Notes under the pieces: model-generated
Told to the model about the DNA's origin: nothing
The model's database searches: none
The model's input: the letters and a program-made list of their open reading frames with translations, nothing else
In this document: one piece after another, positions 9,058-20,609 of the stretch
Position numbering within the stretch: the stretch's first letter is position 1
How the letters are laid out: every line of letters begins with the position of its first letter
Program-made: the position numbers and the translations under genes
DNA from: Candidatus Eiseniibacteriota bacterium
Lineage (GTDB): Bacteria > Eisenbacteria > RBG-16-71-46 > CAVPCR01
Assembly (NCBI GenBank): GCA_963823555.1
Contig: CAWGMA010000001.1
Span: forward strand, 1,024,001-1,088,000
Direction of reading: 5' to 3'
DNA: 64,000 nucleotides

Positions 9058-9849
9058 TTGGATAGTCGCGACGTACATGAAGCGCTCGATGCCCTGTGGG
9101 CGCCGCGGTCGGGGCTCGGCGATCCGCGTCTTTGCCTCCTTGCCGCCGGTCTCGCCACGCTCCTTCTCCTCGTGCTCTCGCCGGCGGGCGCTTCGCTTCT
9201 CGCCGTCGTCCTTACCGCCGGGGCCCTCGTTGCCGGCGGACCCGGCCTTCGCAAGTTTCTACGGATCACGGTGATTCTCTGCCTGATCACGCTCGCTCTG
9301 AATGCGGTGACCGCACCCGGGCCCGCGCTCGCGCGCCTGGGCCCACTCACCGTGACCGCACCCGGCGTCGCGGCCGGGCTCGCGCGCGCGGCGCGCCTTC
9401 TCGGGCTCGCCGCCGTGGCGCGCCTCGTCACCCGCGCGCTGCCCGCGTCCGATCTCGCCGATCTGGCCGAGCGCCTGAGCTGGCCCCTCGAGCGCCGCTT
9501 CGGATTCGCGCGGGGCCTGGGCCTCGCCTTTGGGCTCGCCCTGCGCTTCATTCCCGAGCTCGGCGCCGAGGCGGCTCGGATCCGCCTGGCCCAGGCGGCC
9601 CGCCCGCCCCAGGCCCCCGCCGGGCGCCGGCGCCGCCTCGAATCGACCTTCCTGCCCCTCCTCGCGGGCGCTGTGCGGCGTTCGGAGGAGGTGGCGCTGA
9701 CCCTGGATGCCCGGGGCTTCGCGAGCGGAGAGCCCACGCGCCGGGCCGCGGTCGGGCTCGGCCGGTCGGGCCTCGTCGCCACCCTCCTGCTCCTCGGTCT
9801 CACCGCGCTCATCATCCTCGCCGACCGCGCCCTGGGTTCTGGTGGCTGA
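9058..9849 (+). CDS. ecfT: ECF transporter transmembrane component T (CbiQ family)
   Basis: DPR, ALRFIP, AQAAR and LDARGF motifs with TM helices. Confidence 0.75.
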   Translation: MDSRDVHEALDALWAPRSGLGDPRLCLLAAGLATLLLLVLSPAGASLLAVVLTAGALVAGGPGLRKFLRITVILCLITLALNAVTAPGPALARLGPLTVTAPGVAAGLARAARLLGLAAVARLVTRALPASDLADLAERLSWPLERRFGFARGLGLAFGLALRFIPELGAEAARIRLAQAARPPQAPAGRRRRLESTFLPLLAGAVRRSEEVALTLDARGFASGEPTRRAAVGLGRSGLVATLLLLGLTALIILADRALGSGG

Positions 9850-9860
9850 CGGGGGCCCGC

Positions 9861-10658
9861 ATGCGCTACGCGATCGCCCTCGAGTATGACGGGACCGACT
9901 TCTGGGGCTGGCAGATCCAGCCCGGCTCGCGTACCGTGCAGGGTGTCGTCGAGGAGGCGCTCGCGACGATCCTCGGGGTCCGGGTCCGCGTGACGGGGGC
10001 CGGGCGCACCGACCGCGGTTGCCATGCCACGGGTCAGGTCGCCCACTTCGATTACGATGGGCCGCGGCACCCGACCGAGATCGGGCGCGGGCTCGCGGCA
10101 CTCCTGCCCGCGGATGTCCGGCTCCGGGCCTTTGCGCCGGCGCCGGCGGGATTCCATGCCCGGTACAGCGCCAGCGAGCGGGCCTATCGCTACGCGATCG
10201 CCCGCCGCCCGTCGGCGCTCGCGCGGCGCCAGGCCTGGACCCTGGGGCAGAGGCTCGACCTTCGCGCGCTCCGCGCGGCGAGCACTTGCCTTCTCGGCGA
10301 GCACGACTTTCGCGGCTATGCCGTCGCCGATGAGGAGGAGGCCACGGGGCGCTGCCGGGTGGCGCGCGCCGAGTGGCGGATCGCTCACGGCGGTTATGAG
10401 TTTCTGATCGTGGCCGACCGCTTCCTCACGCGGATGGTGCGCTTCCTCGTGGGGACGCTGGTCGAGGTGGGACGCGGACGGCTCGAGCCCGCGGCGGTTA
10501 CGGCACGGCTCGATCGTCCGCCCCAGGAACCGCGTCCCGCGGCGGCACCGGCGGCCGGGCTCTGCCTGGTCTGGGTGCGCTATGACAGGAGCGGCCCGGC
10601 CTCACATCTCGGGGCGGCGGGAGCGCCGCCAGAAAGAAGACGAGGGGAAGCACCATGA
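9861..10658 (+). CDS. truA: tRNA pseudouridine(38-40) synthase
   Basis: [45 protein letters not shown]. Confidence 0.95.
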   Translation: MRYAIALEYDGTDFWGWQIQPGSRTVQGVVEEALATILGVRVRVTGAGRTDRGCHATGQVAHFDYDGPRHPTEIGRGLAALLPADVRLRAFAPAPAGFHARYSASERAYRYAIARRPSALARRQAWTLGQRLDLRALRAASTCLLGEHDFRGYAVADEEEATGRCRVARAEWRIAHGGYEFLIVADRFLTRMVRFLVGTLVEVGRGRLEPAAVTARLDRPPQEPRPAAAPAAGLCLVWVRYDRSGPASHLGAAGAPPERRRGEAP

Positions 10659-11332
10659 AGATCTTTCTCGATACCGGCAGCATCGACGAGGTGCGCCAGG
10701 CAGCGAGCCTCGGCGTCATCGACGGCGTCACCACCAACCCCAGCCTCATCGCCAAGGAGACGGGCGAGTTCAAGGACATCGTGCTCGAGCTCTGCAAGAT
10801 CGTCGACGGACCGGTGAGCGCGGAGGTGGTGGCCACCGATACCGAGGGGATGCTCCGCGAGGGCCGCGCGCTGGCGAAGATCCACAAGCATGTCGTGGTC
10901 AAGATCCCCATGCTGCCGGCCGGGCTCCGCGCCATCAGCTTGCTCAAGAAGGATGGCATCCGCACCAACTGCACCCTCGTCTTCTCGGCCAACCAGGCGC
11001 TTCTCGCCGCCAAGGCGGGAGCGACCATGGTGAGCCCCTTCATCGGGCGCCTCGACGACGCCAGCATGAACGGCATGGATCTCGTCCGCGACATCTGCGC
11101 CATCTACGCCAACTACGACTTCGAGACCGAGGTCCTGACCGCGAGCATCCGCCACCCCATGCACGTGGTCGAGGCGGCGCTCGCCGGGAGCGACATCGCC
11201 ACCATGCCCCACAAGGTGTTCGAGCAGATGATGAAGCACCCGCTCACCGACATCGGGCTCGAGCGTTTTCTCGCCGACTGGGAGAAGGTGAAGGCGCGGA
11301 CCAAGAAGTCGAAGAAGTCGATCCAGGTGTAG
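10655..11332 (+). CDS. fsa: transaldolase / fructose-6-phosphate aldolase
   Basis: [37 protein letters not shown]. Confidence 0.93.
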   Translation: MKIFLDTGSIDEVRQAASLGVIDGVTTNPSLIAKETGEFKDIVLELCKIVDGPVSAEVVATDTEGMLREGRALAKIHKHVVVKIPMLPAGLRAISLLKKDGIRTNCTLVFSANQALLAAKAGATMVSPFIGRLDDASMNGMDLVRDICAIYANYDFETEVLTASIRHPMHVVEAALAGSDIATMPHKVFEQMMKHPLTDIGLERFLADWEKVKARTKKSKKSIQV

Positions 11333-11335
11333 GGC

Positions 11336-12502
11336 GTGACCATGAGGCATCATGCTGGGGGAGAGGGGCGGAGGGCGTTCGCGTTCGCGCTCGTGGTTGC
11401 CGGTGTCGCGGGTGCCGCCGGTCACGCGGCGGCGCAGCCGCCCCCGCCGGGGGCGATCGATCAATCCCGGCGCACCGCCATCGTCGCCGCCGCCGAGACC
11501 GCGGGTCCCGCCGTGGTCTCGATCGCCACCGTCCGCACCCAGATCGTGCGGAGCCCGCTCGCTCCCTACCACGATCAGTGGTTCGACCAGTTCTTCCGCG
11601 ACCTCTACCCGGCGCGGCGCTACGACGTGCCGTCGCTCGGCTCGGGGTTCATCATCGATCCCCAGGGCTACGTCGTCTCGAACGAGCACGTGATCCACGG
11701 CGCGCAGTCGATCCGGGTCACGCTCCCCGACTCGCGCGAGTTCGACGGCAAGGTGATCGGCGCCGATCAGAACTACGACATCGCCGTCATCAAGCTCGAG
11801 GGCGCCACCCCGGACCTCCCGGCCATCGACCTCGGTGATTCCGATGACGTCATCATCGGGGAGTGGGCGATCGCCGTCGGCAATCCCTTCGGCTTCCTCC
11901 TCAACGACAGCCATCCCTCGGTGACCGCGGGCGTGATCTCGGCGCTCCACCGCGACGTCAAGGCCGAGAACCAGACCGGCGGCATCTACAAGGACATGAT
12001 CCAGACCGACGCCGCGATCAATCCCGGGAACTCGGGCGGCCCGCTCGTGAACGGGGCCGGGCAGGTGATCGGGGTCAACACCTTCATCTTCTCCCAGTCC
12101 GGCGGTTCGCTGGGCATGGGGTTCGCGATCCCCATCAACACCGTCAAGCGCGTCGTGAACGAGATCATCCGCTACGGCTCGGTGCGGGACATCTGGATCG
12201 GCATCTCGGTGCAGGAGATCTCCCCGTTCCTCGCCGAGCAGCTCGCGATCGAGGATCGGCGCGGGCTCGTGGTGTCGGCGATCGATCGCGGGAGCCCGGC
12301 CTATCGCGCCGGGATCCGGGTGGGGGATGTCATTCGCCAGGTGAACGGGGCGGCGGTCGTGACCACGCGCGACGCCCAGCGCACGATCTTCGGCACCCCG
12401 GTCGGCGGCACGGTGAAGATCAAGGTGGAGCGCGAGGGCAAGACCCGGGAGGTGGACGTGACGGTCGAGGCGGCGCCGAGCGATAAGCGGGAGGGGTCCT
12501 AG
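11336..12502 (+). CDS. HtrA/DegP-like serine protease with a PDZ domain
   Basis: Signal peptide, GSGFII, SNEHV, IQTDAAINPGNSGGPL, C-terminal PDZ. Confidence 0.93.
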   Translation: MTMRHHAGGEGRRAFAFALVVAGVAGAAGHAAAQPPPPGAIDQSRRTAIVAAAETAGPAVVSIATVRTQIVRSPLAPYHDQWFDQFFRDLYPARRYDVPSLGSGFIIDPQGYVVSNEHVIHGAQSIRVTLPDSREFDGKVIGADQNYDIAVIKLEGATPDLPAIDLGDSDDVIIGEWAIAVGNPFGFLLNDSHPSVTAGVISALHRDVKAENQTGGIYKDMIQTDAAINPGNSGGPLVNGAGQVIGVNTFIFSQSGGSLGMGFAIPINTVKRVVNEIIRYGSVRDIWIGISVQEISPFLAEQLAIEDRRGLVVSAIDRGSPAYRAGIRVGDVIRQVNGAAVVTTRDAQRTIFGTPVGGTVKIKVEREGKTREVDVTVEAAPSDKREGS

Positions 12503-12505
12503 GCC

Positions 12506-13824
<1,319 letters not shown>

Positions 13825-13828
<4 letters not shown>

Positions 13829-16250
13829 CCGCGCGCCGGAAGGCGGCCGGAAGCGCCCGCGCGAAGGCGCCGAAGAACGGCAGGGGGCCCGCACGCCTCG
13901 AGCTCTCCGGGCTCGACGATGCGGCCCTCAAGAAGACGCTCTCGGCGCACAACCTCACCATCACCGTGGGCGAGGCGCGCCAGCTCATCGCGCATATCGG
14001 GCGTGATCCGACGCCGGTCGAGGCGCGTCTCTTCGACATTCTCTGGAGCGAGCACTGCTCCTACAAGTCGAGCCGGCATGTGTTGAAGCGGCTCCCGACC
14101 CAGGGCCAGGACGTCATCCTCGGCCCCGGCGAGGACGCCGGGGTCGTCCACTTCGGCTCGCACGAGGGCGTGCGCTACGCGCTCGTGATCGGCCACGAGA
14201 GCCACAACCATCCGTCGCAGGTGCTCCCCATCGAGGGCGCGGCCACCGGGATCGGCGGCATCGTGCGCGATGTGTTCTGCATGGGCGCCGAGGTGGTGGG
14301 CGTGCTCGACGCGCTCCGCTTCGGGGATCCCGCAGGGGCCGGCGGCGGTACACGTCCGCGATATCGCGCAGGGTGTGGTCCAGGGCATCATGGAGTACGG
14401 GAACGCGCTCGGCGTTCCGAACCTCGGCGGGGATGTCTTCTTCGACCCGACCTTCGACGACAACTGCCTCGTCAACGTCGTGGCGGTCGGCGTCTGTCCC
14501 GAATCGCGCATCATACGGAGCCGGGTGCCGGAGGCGGCGCGCGAGGTGCCGCATGTCCTCATCCTCGTCGGCAAGCCCACCGACATGACCGGCTTCGGCG
14601 GGGCGAGCTTCGCCTCGGCGGCGCTCGACGCCGATCGCGCCCACGAGCAGAAGGGGGCGGTGCAGGTCCACGACCCGTTCCTGAAGCGCGTGCTCTTCGA
14701 GGCCACCGAGGCCGTGTTCGCCTTCTGCGAAGCGCGCGGGATCGCGATCGGCTTCAAGGACCTCGGCGCGGGCGGGCTCGCCTGCGCCGCGGTCGAGCTC
14801 GCCGCCGCGCAGGGCATGGGGATGGAGGTGGATCTCTCGCTCGTCCCGGTCGACAGCCCGGACCACAAGCCCGAGGTCATCGCCTGCGCCGAGACCCAGG
14901 AGCGCTTCGCGATCGTCGTCCCCGCGGAGATCGCTCCCGAGATCCTCGCGATCTACAACGAGGAGTTCGAGCTCCCGGCGCTCTACCCGGGAGCGCGGGC
15001 GGCGGTGATCGGGAAGGTGGTGGCCGAGGATCGCTTCGTCCTCAAGCACAAGCGGGCGCGGGTCGGCGATCTCGCCGCCACGGTGGTGACGGCGGGGATC
15101 CGGCACGAGCGCCCGGCGGCTCCGCTCGCGGCGCCGCCCGGGGCGCAACCCGAGCCTCCGTGCGCGGACGCCGGGGCGACGCTCCAAGCGCTCCTCGCGC
15201 GCCCCAACCTCTGCTCGCGCGAACACATCTACCGGGGTTACGACACCGACGTGCGCGGGCGCGCTGTCGTGCGCCCGGGCGAGGCGGATGCCGGCGTGAT
15301 CGCGCCCGTGCCGGGGGCGCCGCTCGGTCTCGCCTTCGCCGTCGATGGGACGCCGGCCTACGGCCTCGTCGATCCCTACCTGGCGGCGGTCCATGCCACG
15401 CTCGAGGCGATGCGGAACGTCGCCTGTGTCGGCGCCGAACCGATCGCGCTCACCGATTGCCTGAACTACGGGAGCCCCGAGGATCCCCAGGTGATGGCCG
15501 CCTTCACCGCCGGCGTCGAGGGCATCGCCGCCGCGGCGCGCGGGATCGGCCGGCGCCACGAGGCGTCGGAGCCGGTGCCGGTCGTGAGCGGGAACGTGAG
15601 CTTCTACAACCATTCGGCGGCGGGGAAGGCGATCGCGCCGTCGCCGATCGTGGCCTGTGCCGGGCGACTCGAGGATTACTCGCGGGTCGTGACGATGCGC
15701 ATGAAGGGGGAGGGATCGCGGATTCTCCTGATCGGCGAGCGGCGGCCCGAGCTCGGCGGCTCCGAGTTCCTGCGATACATCGCGGATGGGAACGGAGGGA
15801 ACCTGGGCGGACCGCTCCCGGCGGTGGATCTCGCCCGCGAGCGGACGCAGCTCTACGCCGTTCTCGATCTCATCGATCGCGGCTGGATCCGTGCTGCGCA
15901 CGACATCGCGGCTGGCGGTCTCGCCATCGCCGTGGCCGAGATGCTCCTCGGGGTCGCGGCCAGGCCGCGGATCGGCGTGGCACTCGAGCTCGATGCGCTG
16001 GCGCCCGAGCTCGGGTGTGGCGTCGCTCCTCTTCGGCGAGGCGCCGGGCTATCTCCTCGAGGTGGCGCCGGCCGATCTCGAGCAGGTGCACGCGCACCTC
16101 GCCGGGTGCGGGGTCACGGCCTTCGATCTCGGGACGACGACCGGGAAGCCGCGTCTCGTGATCGAGCGCGGCGGTCGTGCGCTCGTCGATATCGATCTCG
16201 AAACGCTCGCCACCGCGCACCGCGGCGCGCTCGCCGAGCTCATGGCCTAG
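13825..16250 (+). CDS. purL: phosphoribosylformylglycinamidine synthase subunit PurL (apparent frameshifts near 14335 and 16015)
   Basis: WSEHCSYKSS, ESHNHPS, GAATGIGGIVRD, DLGAGGL, ETQER, DCLNYGSPE and VVSGNVSFYN spread over three frames. Confidence 0.92.
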
Positions 16251-16258
16251 GGGGGGAG

Positions 16259-17161
16259 ATGGACGCGCGAGACATGGATCCCAAAGACCGCTTCCGGATC
16301 GCCGTCCTCCAGCTCCCCGGCGTCAACTGCGAGCACGAGACGGCGCGCGCCGTCCGCGCCGCGGGCCTCTCGGCCGAGGTCGTCCGCTGGACGCGGCGTG
16401 ACCTCGATGACTTCCATGGCTTCGTCCTCCCCGGCGGCTTCTCCTTCCAGGATCGCGTGCGCGCGGGCGCGATCGCGGCGCGCGAGCCCGCGCTCGCCGC
16501 CGTCGTCCGCGCGGCGCACGACGGCCGCCCGGTGCTCGGGATCTGTAACGGCGCGCAGGTCCTCATCGAGGCCGGCCTCGTCCCCGACCTCGACGGCGAG
16601 GGCAGGATCGAGATGGGGCTCGCGCCGAACGCGATGCCCGCTCGCCAGGGCTACTACTGCACCTGGGTCTACACCGTGCCCACGGTGCGCGGGCGGGAGT
16701 CGGCGTTCGGCCTCGCCTTCGCCGATGGCGAGGTCATGCCCGCGGTCGCGGCCCACGGCGAGGGACGCTTCGTCACGCGCGATCCGGCGATCGAGGCCGC
16801 GGTCCGGAGCGAGGAGGTGGTCGGCTTCCGCTACGTCGCCGCTGACGGCAGCGCGGCGCGGGGGTTTCCCGCCAATCCCAACGGCTCCCTCGCCGATGCG
16901 GCAGGCATCATGAACATGGCGGGGAATGTTCTCGCCTTCATGCCGCACCCCGAGCGCGCGGCCTGGCTCTATCAGGTCGGATGGGAGGTCGAGGGGCCGT
17001 GGGGCGAGCGCCATCGCGCCGCCCACGGCGATCACGCGGGCCTCGCCGGTCCCGGCCCGGGGCTCCGGATGTTCACCTCGATGCGCCTCTATCTTGAGCG
17101 CCGCGCGCGAGGCGGCGACGGCGAGGTGGCCGCAGCGGCGGCACGGGAGGCAGGGCGATGA
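16259..17161 (+). CDS. purQ: phosphoribosylformylglycinamidine synthase subunit PurQ
   Basis: PGVNCE, LPGGFSFQD, LGICNGAQ, AHGEGRF, NPNGS, MPHPER. Confidence 0.95.
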   Translation: MDARDMDPKDRFRIAVLQLPGVNCEHETARAVRAAGLSAEVVRWTRRDLDDFHGFVLPGGFSFQDRVRAGAIAAREPALAAVVRAAHDGRPVLGICNGAQVLIEAGLVPDLDGEGRIEMGLAPNAMPARQGYYCTWVYTVPTVRGRESAFGLAFADGEVMPAVAAHGEGRFVTRDPAIEAAVRSEEVVGFRYVAADGSAARGFPANPNGSLADAAGIMNMAGNVLAFMPHPERAAWLYQVGWEVEGPWGERHRAAHGDHAGLAGPGPGLRMFTSMRLYLERRARGGDGEVAAAAAREAGR

Positions 17162-17742
17162 CCATCGATCTCACGCTCACGGTGGCGCTCCGCGGCGCCG
17201 ATCCGGTCGCCCTCACCGCCGAGCACGCGCTCACCCATCGCCTCGGTTACAGCGGGGTCCTCGCCGAGATCCTGCGCCGCGATGTGTGGTGGATCGAGCT
17301 CGAGTCCTCGGGGGTGGCCGAAGCGCTCGCGCTCGCGGGCTCCTGGGTGACGCGCTCGAACGTGTTCGTGAATCCCAACAAGCATGTGTACGAACTCACC
17401 GCCTCGAGCGGCGGCGAGAAGACGGCGCGCGCCGCCGGACGCACGGCGTGGGTGGTGGCTTGGAGCGAGCCCGATATCGAGGGCGCGGCGGCGGTGCGGC
17501 TGATCCGGTCACGCTTCGGCGGCGCGGAGCTCTGCCAGGTGCGGAAGGCGCTCGTGTGGATGCTTCGCTTCGGCGCCGGCGTCGAGCCCGCCGAGGTCGA
17601 ACCCCTGGCCGAGGAGATCGCCGTCAGCCGCTCGCGCCTGGGCGGGCTCCTGACGAACCCGCACATCCAGTCGGTCGCGATCACGCGCGGGGCGGACCCG
17701 CGCCCGGCGCTCCTCAAGGCGTTCGCGGCGGCCGAAGGCTGA
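17158..17742 (+). CDS. purS: PurS-like protein of about double length
   Basis: Coupled to purQ; two PurS-like halves ending FVNPNKH and LLTNPHIQ. Confidence 0.6.
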   Translation: MTIDLTLTVALRGADPVALTAEHALTHRLGYSGVLAEILRRDVWWIELESSGVAEALALAGSWVTRSNVFVNPNKHVYELTASSGGEKTARAAGRTAWVVAWSEPDIEGAAAVRLIRSRFGGAELCQVRKALVWMLRFGAGVEPAEVEPLAEEIAVSRSRLGGLLTNPHIQSVAITRGADPRPALLKAFAAAEG

Positions 17743-17774
17743 TTCGCGGCGGCGGAGCGGGTCCCGGCAGCACG

Positions 17775-18974
17775 TCAGCGCCCATAGTGCATCTTGATGG
17801 CTCCCCACGTGCTTTCCTCCACCGCTCCCGCGCAACCCACGTCGCGCGCGCCGATCAATCCACAGCCCGCAGGCGCGTTTGCCGGCGCGCAGGGCGAGGA
17901 CTCCGCGAGCGAGTAGTCCGCACAGAAGAAGGGGTCGAGAGAGAAGTTACTGCCGAGGTCGGTTCCACAGATGTCGTCGCCGTCCTCGTTGCCGAACACG
18001 TCACAGCACTCGAAGGTGACCGTGCCTGGGCACGATACTCCTGGTCCCCCCAGGTTGAAGGCAATGATCGACCGCGTGACCCTCGCAGTTGTGGGTCCGC
18101 TCGCAAGGACGCCCGCCCCCAGGTAGCCCCGGTTTCCAACGATGGTGCACTGCTCGATGCGAGCGCCGCCCTCGCCGACCGAGATGCCGCCGCCAACGGA
18201 CTGGTTGTCGACCCCGTTGCTGTTCCCCGCGATCAGGCATCGCGTGATGGTCGGGCTCGAGGTGCCCTCGAACCCGAGTCCCGATCCAGAGCGACCGCGG
18301 TTGCCGGTGATCTCGCAGTCACGGATCACCGGCGACCCGAAGTAGACTCCGATTCCCCCGCCCGAGTTGGTCGACTCGGTGCCGTTGTTCACCACCATGC
18401 ACCGCTCGATCGTCGGTGAACTGACGACCGCGTCGATACCACCGCCGTTCGAGAAGCACTCGTTGTCCCGGATAAGGCAGTCAGCAATCGTGACCGAGGA
18501 GCCCACGAGGTAGATGCCACCGCCCGAGCCAGGACAGAAGTTGTGTTCGACAACGCAGTCTCTGAGCCTGCCATCCACGCCGTAGAGAGCGATTCCTCCC
18601 CCGGAGTCGCCGCCACCACCCTCGATCGTCGTTCCACCCAGGCCGCTGCGGATGGTGAGGCCCTCGAGATCGAGCTCGAGCGGGCCGATCGCGCACAAGA
18701 CACTCAGCGTGTCCGGCCGCGTCGGGGCACTGCCGTCGATGGTCGTTGTGGCGGGACCCGCCAGGGAAGCGATCCGCAGGGACTTGCCGAGGAGAAGAAC
18801 GGTCTCGACGTAGGTCCCTGGCCGAACGAGCACCGTATCGCCGCTTGCAGAGAAGTCCACGGCCGCCTGGATGGTCACGAAATCGTCGGGGACAAACCAG
18901 GTGCTGCTCTGGGCGGCGCCGGCTGCAACCAAAGAAGCAATGGTCATCGCAGCTCGAAAGACCGCGTGGTTCAC
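17775..18974 (-). CDS. secreted right-handed beta-helix (pectin lyase-like) protein, paralog P1
   Basis: GTG start after GAGG; signal peptide; VPDDFVTIQAAVD...VRPGTYVE; GGGI repeats; tail DPFFCADYSLAESSPC...STWGAIKMHYGR. Confidence 0.85.
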   Translation of the reverse strand: MNHAVFRAAMTIASLVAAGAAQSSTWFVPDDFVTIQAAVDFSASGDTVLVRPGTYVETVLLLGKSLRIASLAGPATTTIDGSAPTRPDTLSVLCAIGPLELDLEGLTIRSGLGGTTIEGGGGDSGGGIALYGVDGRLRDCVVEHNFCPGSGGGIYLVGSSVTIADCLIRDNECFSNGGGIDAVVSSPTIERCMVVNNGTESTNSGGGIGVYFGSPVIRDCEITGNRGRSGSGLGFEGTSSPTITRCLIAGNSNGVDNQSVGGGISVGEGGARIEQCTIVGNRGYLGAGVLASGPTTARVTRSIIAFNLGGPGVSCPGTVTFECCDVFGNEDGDDICGTDLGSNFSLDPFFCADYSLAESSPCAPANAPAGCGLIGARDVGCAGAVEESTWGAIKMHYGR

Positions 18975-18982
18975 GGACGCCT

Positions 18983-20125
18983 CTACCTGTACTCCGCCTT
19001 GATCCGGCCCCAGGTGGACGGCTCCACCGCGCCCGCGCAACCCACGTCGCGCGCGCCGATCAAGCCGCAGCCCGCAGGCGCGTTTGCCGGCGCGCAGGGC
19101 GAGGACTCTGCGAGCGAGTAGTCCGCACAGAAGAGCGGATCGAGGTTGACATTGCCGCCTAGATCGACACCGCAGAGGCCATCCTCCGCGTTTCCGAAGA
19201 CATCGTTGCATCGCAATTGCACGTCGGGATCACAGCTCACGCCCCGGCCGGTGTTGTAGGCCACGATGCTGTTGGTGAGCATTCCGGATCGGAGAGCGAC
19301 CGTGACATTGCAGTCGTTCTGGACAAACGTGCTGCTCTCAATCTGCCCGGCGGCTGTGATAAGCCCGTATCCGCCCCCGTCATCTCCATTCTCAAACGCC
19401 AGGAGGTCCATCACGATGACGCCGGAGCCACTTGTGATCAGGAAACCATCACTCGCCTGGCGATTTCCCCGAAGGACACAATCGGAGATTTCAAGGGGGC
19501 CGAATGTGGCCAGAATACCCGCGCTCGCGGCCTGGTTCCCCTCGATCGTAGTGCTCATGAGAACCAAGGAACTGAAGGCGGCTTCCAGCGCGCCGCCGGA
19601 GCGCCCCTGATTGTTGCGGATCTCGGAAGCTACAAGCTCGAGCGAGCTCGAGAACGCGAATATCCCGCCCCCAGGTCCATCAGCGAAGTTGCTTTCAACC
19701 AGACATCGTTCTACTCGACCGATGGTCTGCACGAGGATGATTCCCCCGCCGGCACCAGGCTCGAGTCCGGGGAATGTCGAGCCGCCCGGGCCATTGCGGA
19801 TGGTGAATCCCTCGATCATCAACGCCCTGGGATCCGAGTTCAGGGCACAAATCACGCTCAGGGTATCGGACCGCGGTGGAAAGGCACCGTCTATGATCGT
19901 GACCTCCGGGCCATCCAGCGACCTGAGAGCCAGCGCCTTGTCAACGACGAGGAGATTCTCGAGATATGTACCAGCTCGTACGAGCACCGTATCGGCATCC
20001 GATGAAGCATCGATGGCTTGTTGAATGGTGACGAACTGGTCCGGCACGACCCAGGTATCCGCCACGGTGACATGCGGCACGCCGGATAGACCGAGGAGCA
20101 GAGCAAAGAGACTGCGACACTTCAT
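18983..20125 (-). CDS. secreted beta-helix protein, paralog P2
   Basis: RBS GGGGAGGT, signal peptide, same N-cap; tail STWGRIKAEYR. Confidence 0.85.
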   Translation of the reverse strand: MKCRSLFALLLGLSGVPHVTVADTWVVPDQFVTIQQAIDASSDADTVLVRAGTYLENLLVVDKALALRSLDGPEVTIIDGAFPPRSDTLSVICALNSDPRALMIEGFTIRNGPGGSTFPGLEPGAGGGIILVQTIGRVERCLVESNFADGPGGGIFAFSSSLELVASEIRNNQGRSGGALEAAFSSLVLMSTTIEGNQAASAGILATFGPLEISDCVLRGNRQASDGFLITSGSGVIVMDLLAFENGDDGGGYGLITAAGQIESSTFVQNDCNVTVALRSGMLTNSIVAYNTGRGVSCDPDVQLRCNDVFGNAEDGLCGVDLGGNVNLDPLFCADYSLAESSPCAPANAPAGCGLIGARDVGCAGAVEPSTWGRIKAEYR

Positions 20126-20361
20126 TGCGTTGACCTCCCCGGCGCGCACACCTTCGATGATTGGCGAGCAGGGCGCCTGCCTGGCCGCCCGACGCTGGGG
20201 CCGCTACGCTCGTACGAGCTGGAGGGTGGCCAGGCGCCTTAGTCCCTAGCTCGTGATCGAGCTGGGGCAAGCGCTACTGTGCGTCCTCCTCGACTCTCGG
20301 CGCAAGCGGATTTCCTGGGATAAGATCGGTGGAAGGCTGAAGTTGCGACCCAGGAGCAGCG

Positions 20362-20385
20362 AATCTACAATGCGCGTATTAGATC
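20362..20385. promoter_or_regulatory. palindromic operator-like site, copy 1
   Basis: AATCTACAAT-GCGC-GTATTAGATC in the divergent intergenic region between P2 and P3. Confidence 0.55.
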
Positions 20386-20609
20386 TTGCTCTTGCCTCCA
20401 TGCAACCAGGTTGTGTCCGGGTGCTCGATCGACGACACGCATCGGGGTCACGATCGAGCCGCACCAAAGAAGTCGTCACAGCAGGGAGTCAGTCTCGGAT
20501 AGGCTATACATCGAAACGCAGACGGTCAGCATGAGGGGTGCTTTGCGCTCTGGACCGCGGGCCGGCTCCGTTCTGCTCAGTGCTGGTTGGCGACTGTTTG
20601 GAGGCGTCC

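Noticed and set aside
14270..17161. PurL-PurQ fusion suggested by the 963-aa ORF
   Set aside because: An artefact of the indel near 16015. PurL ends at 16250 in another frame and PurQ has its own RBS and ATG at 16259.
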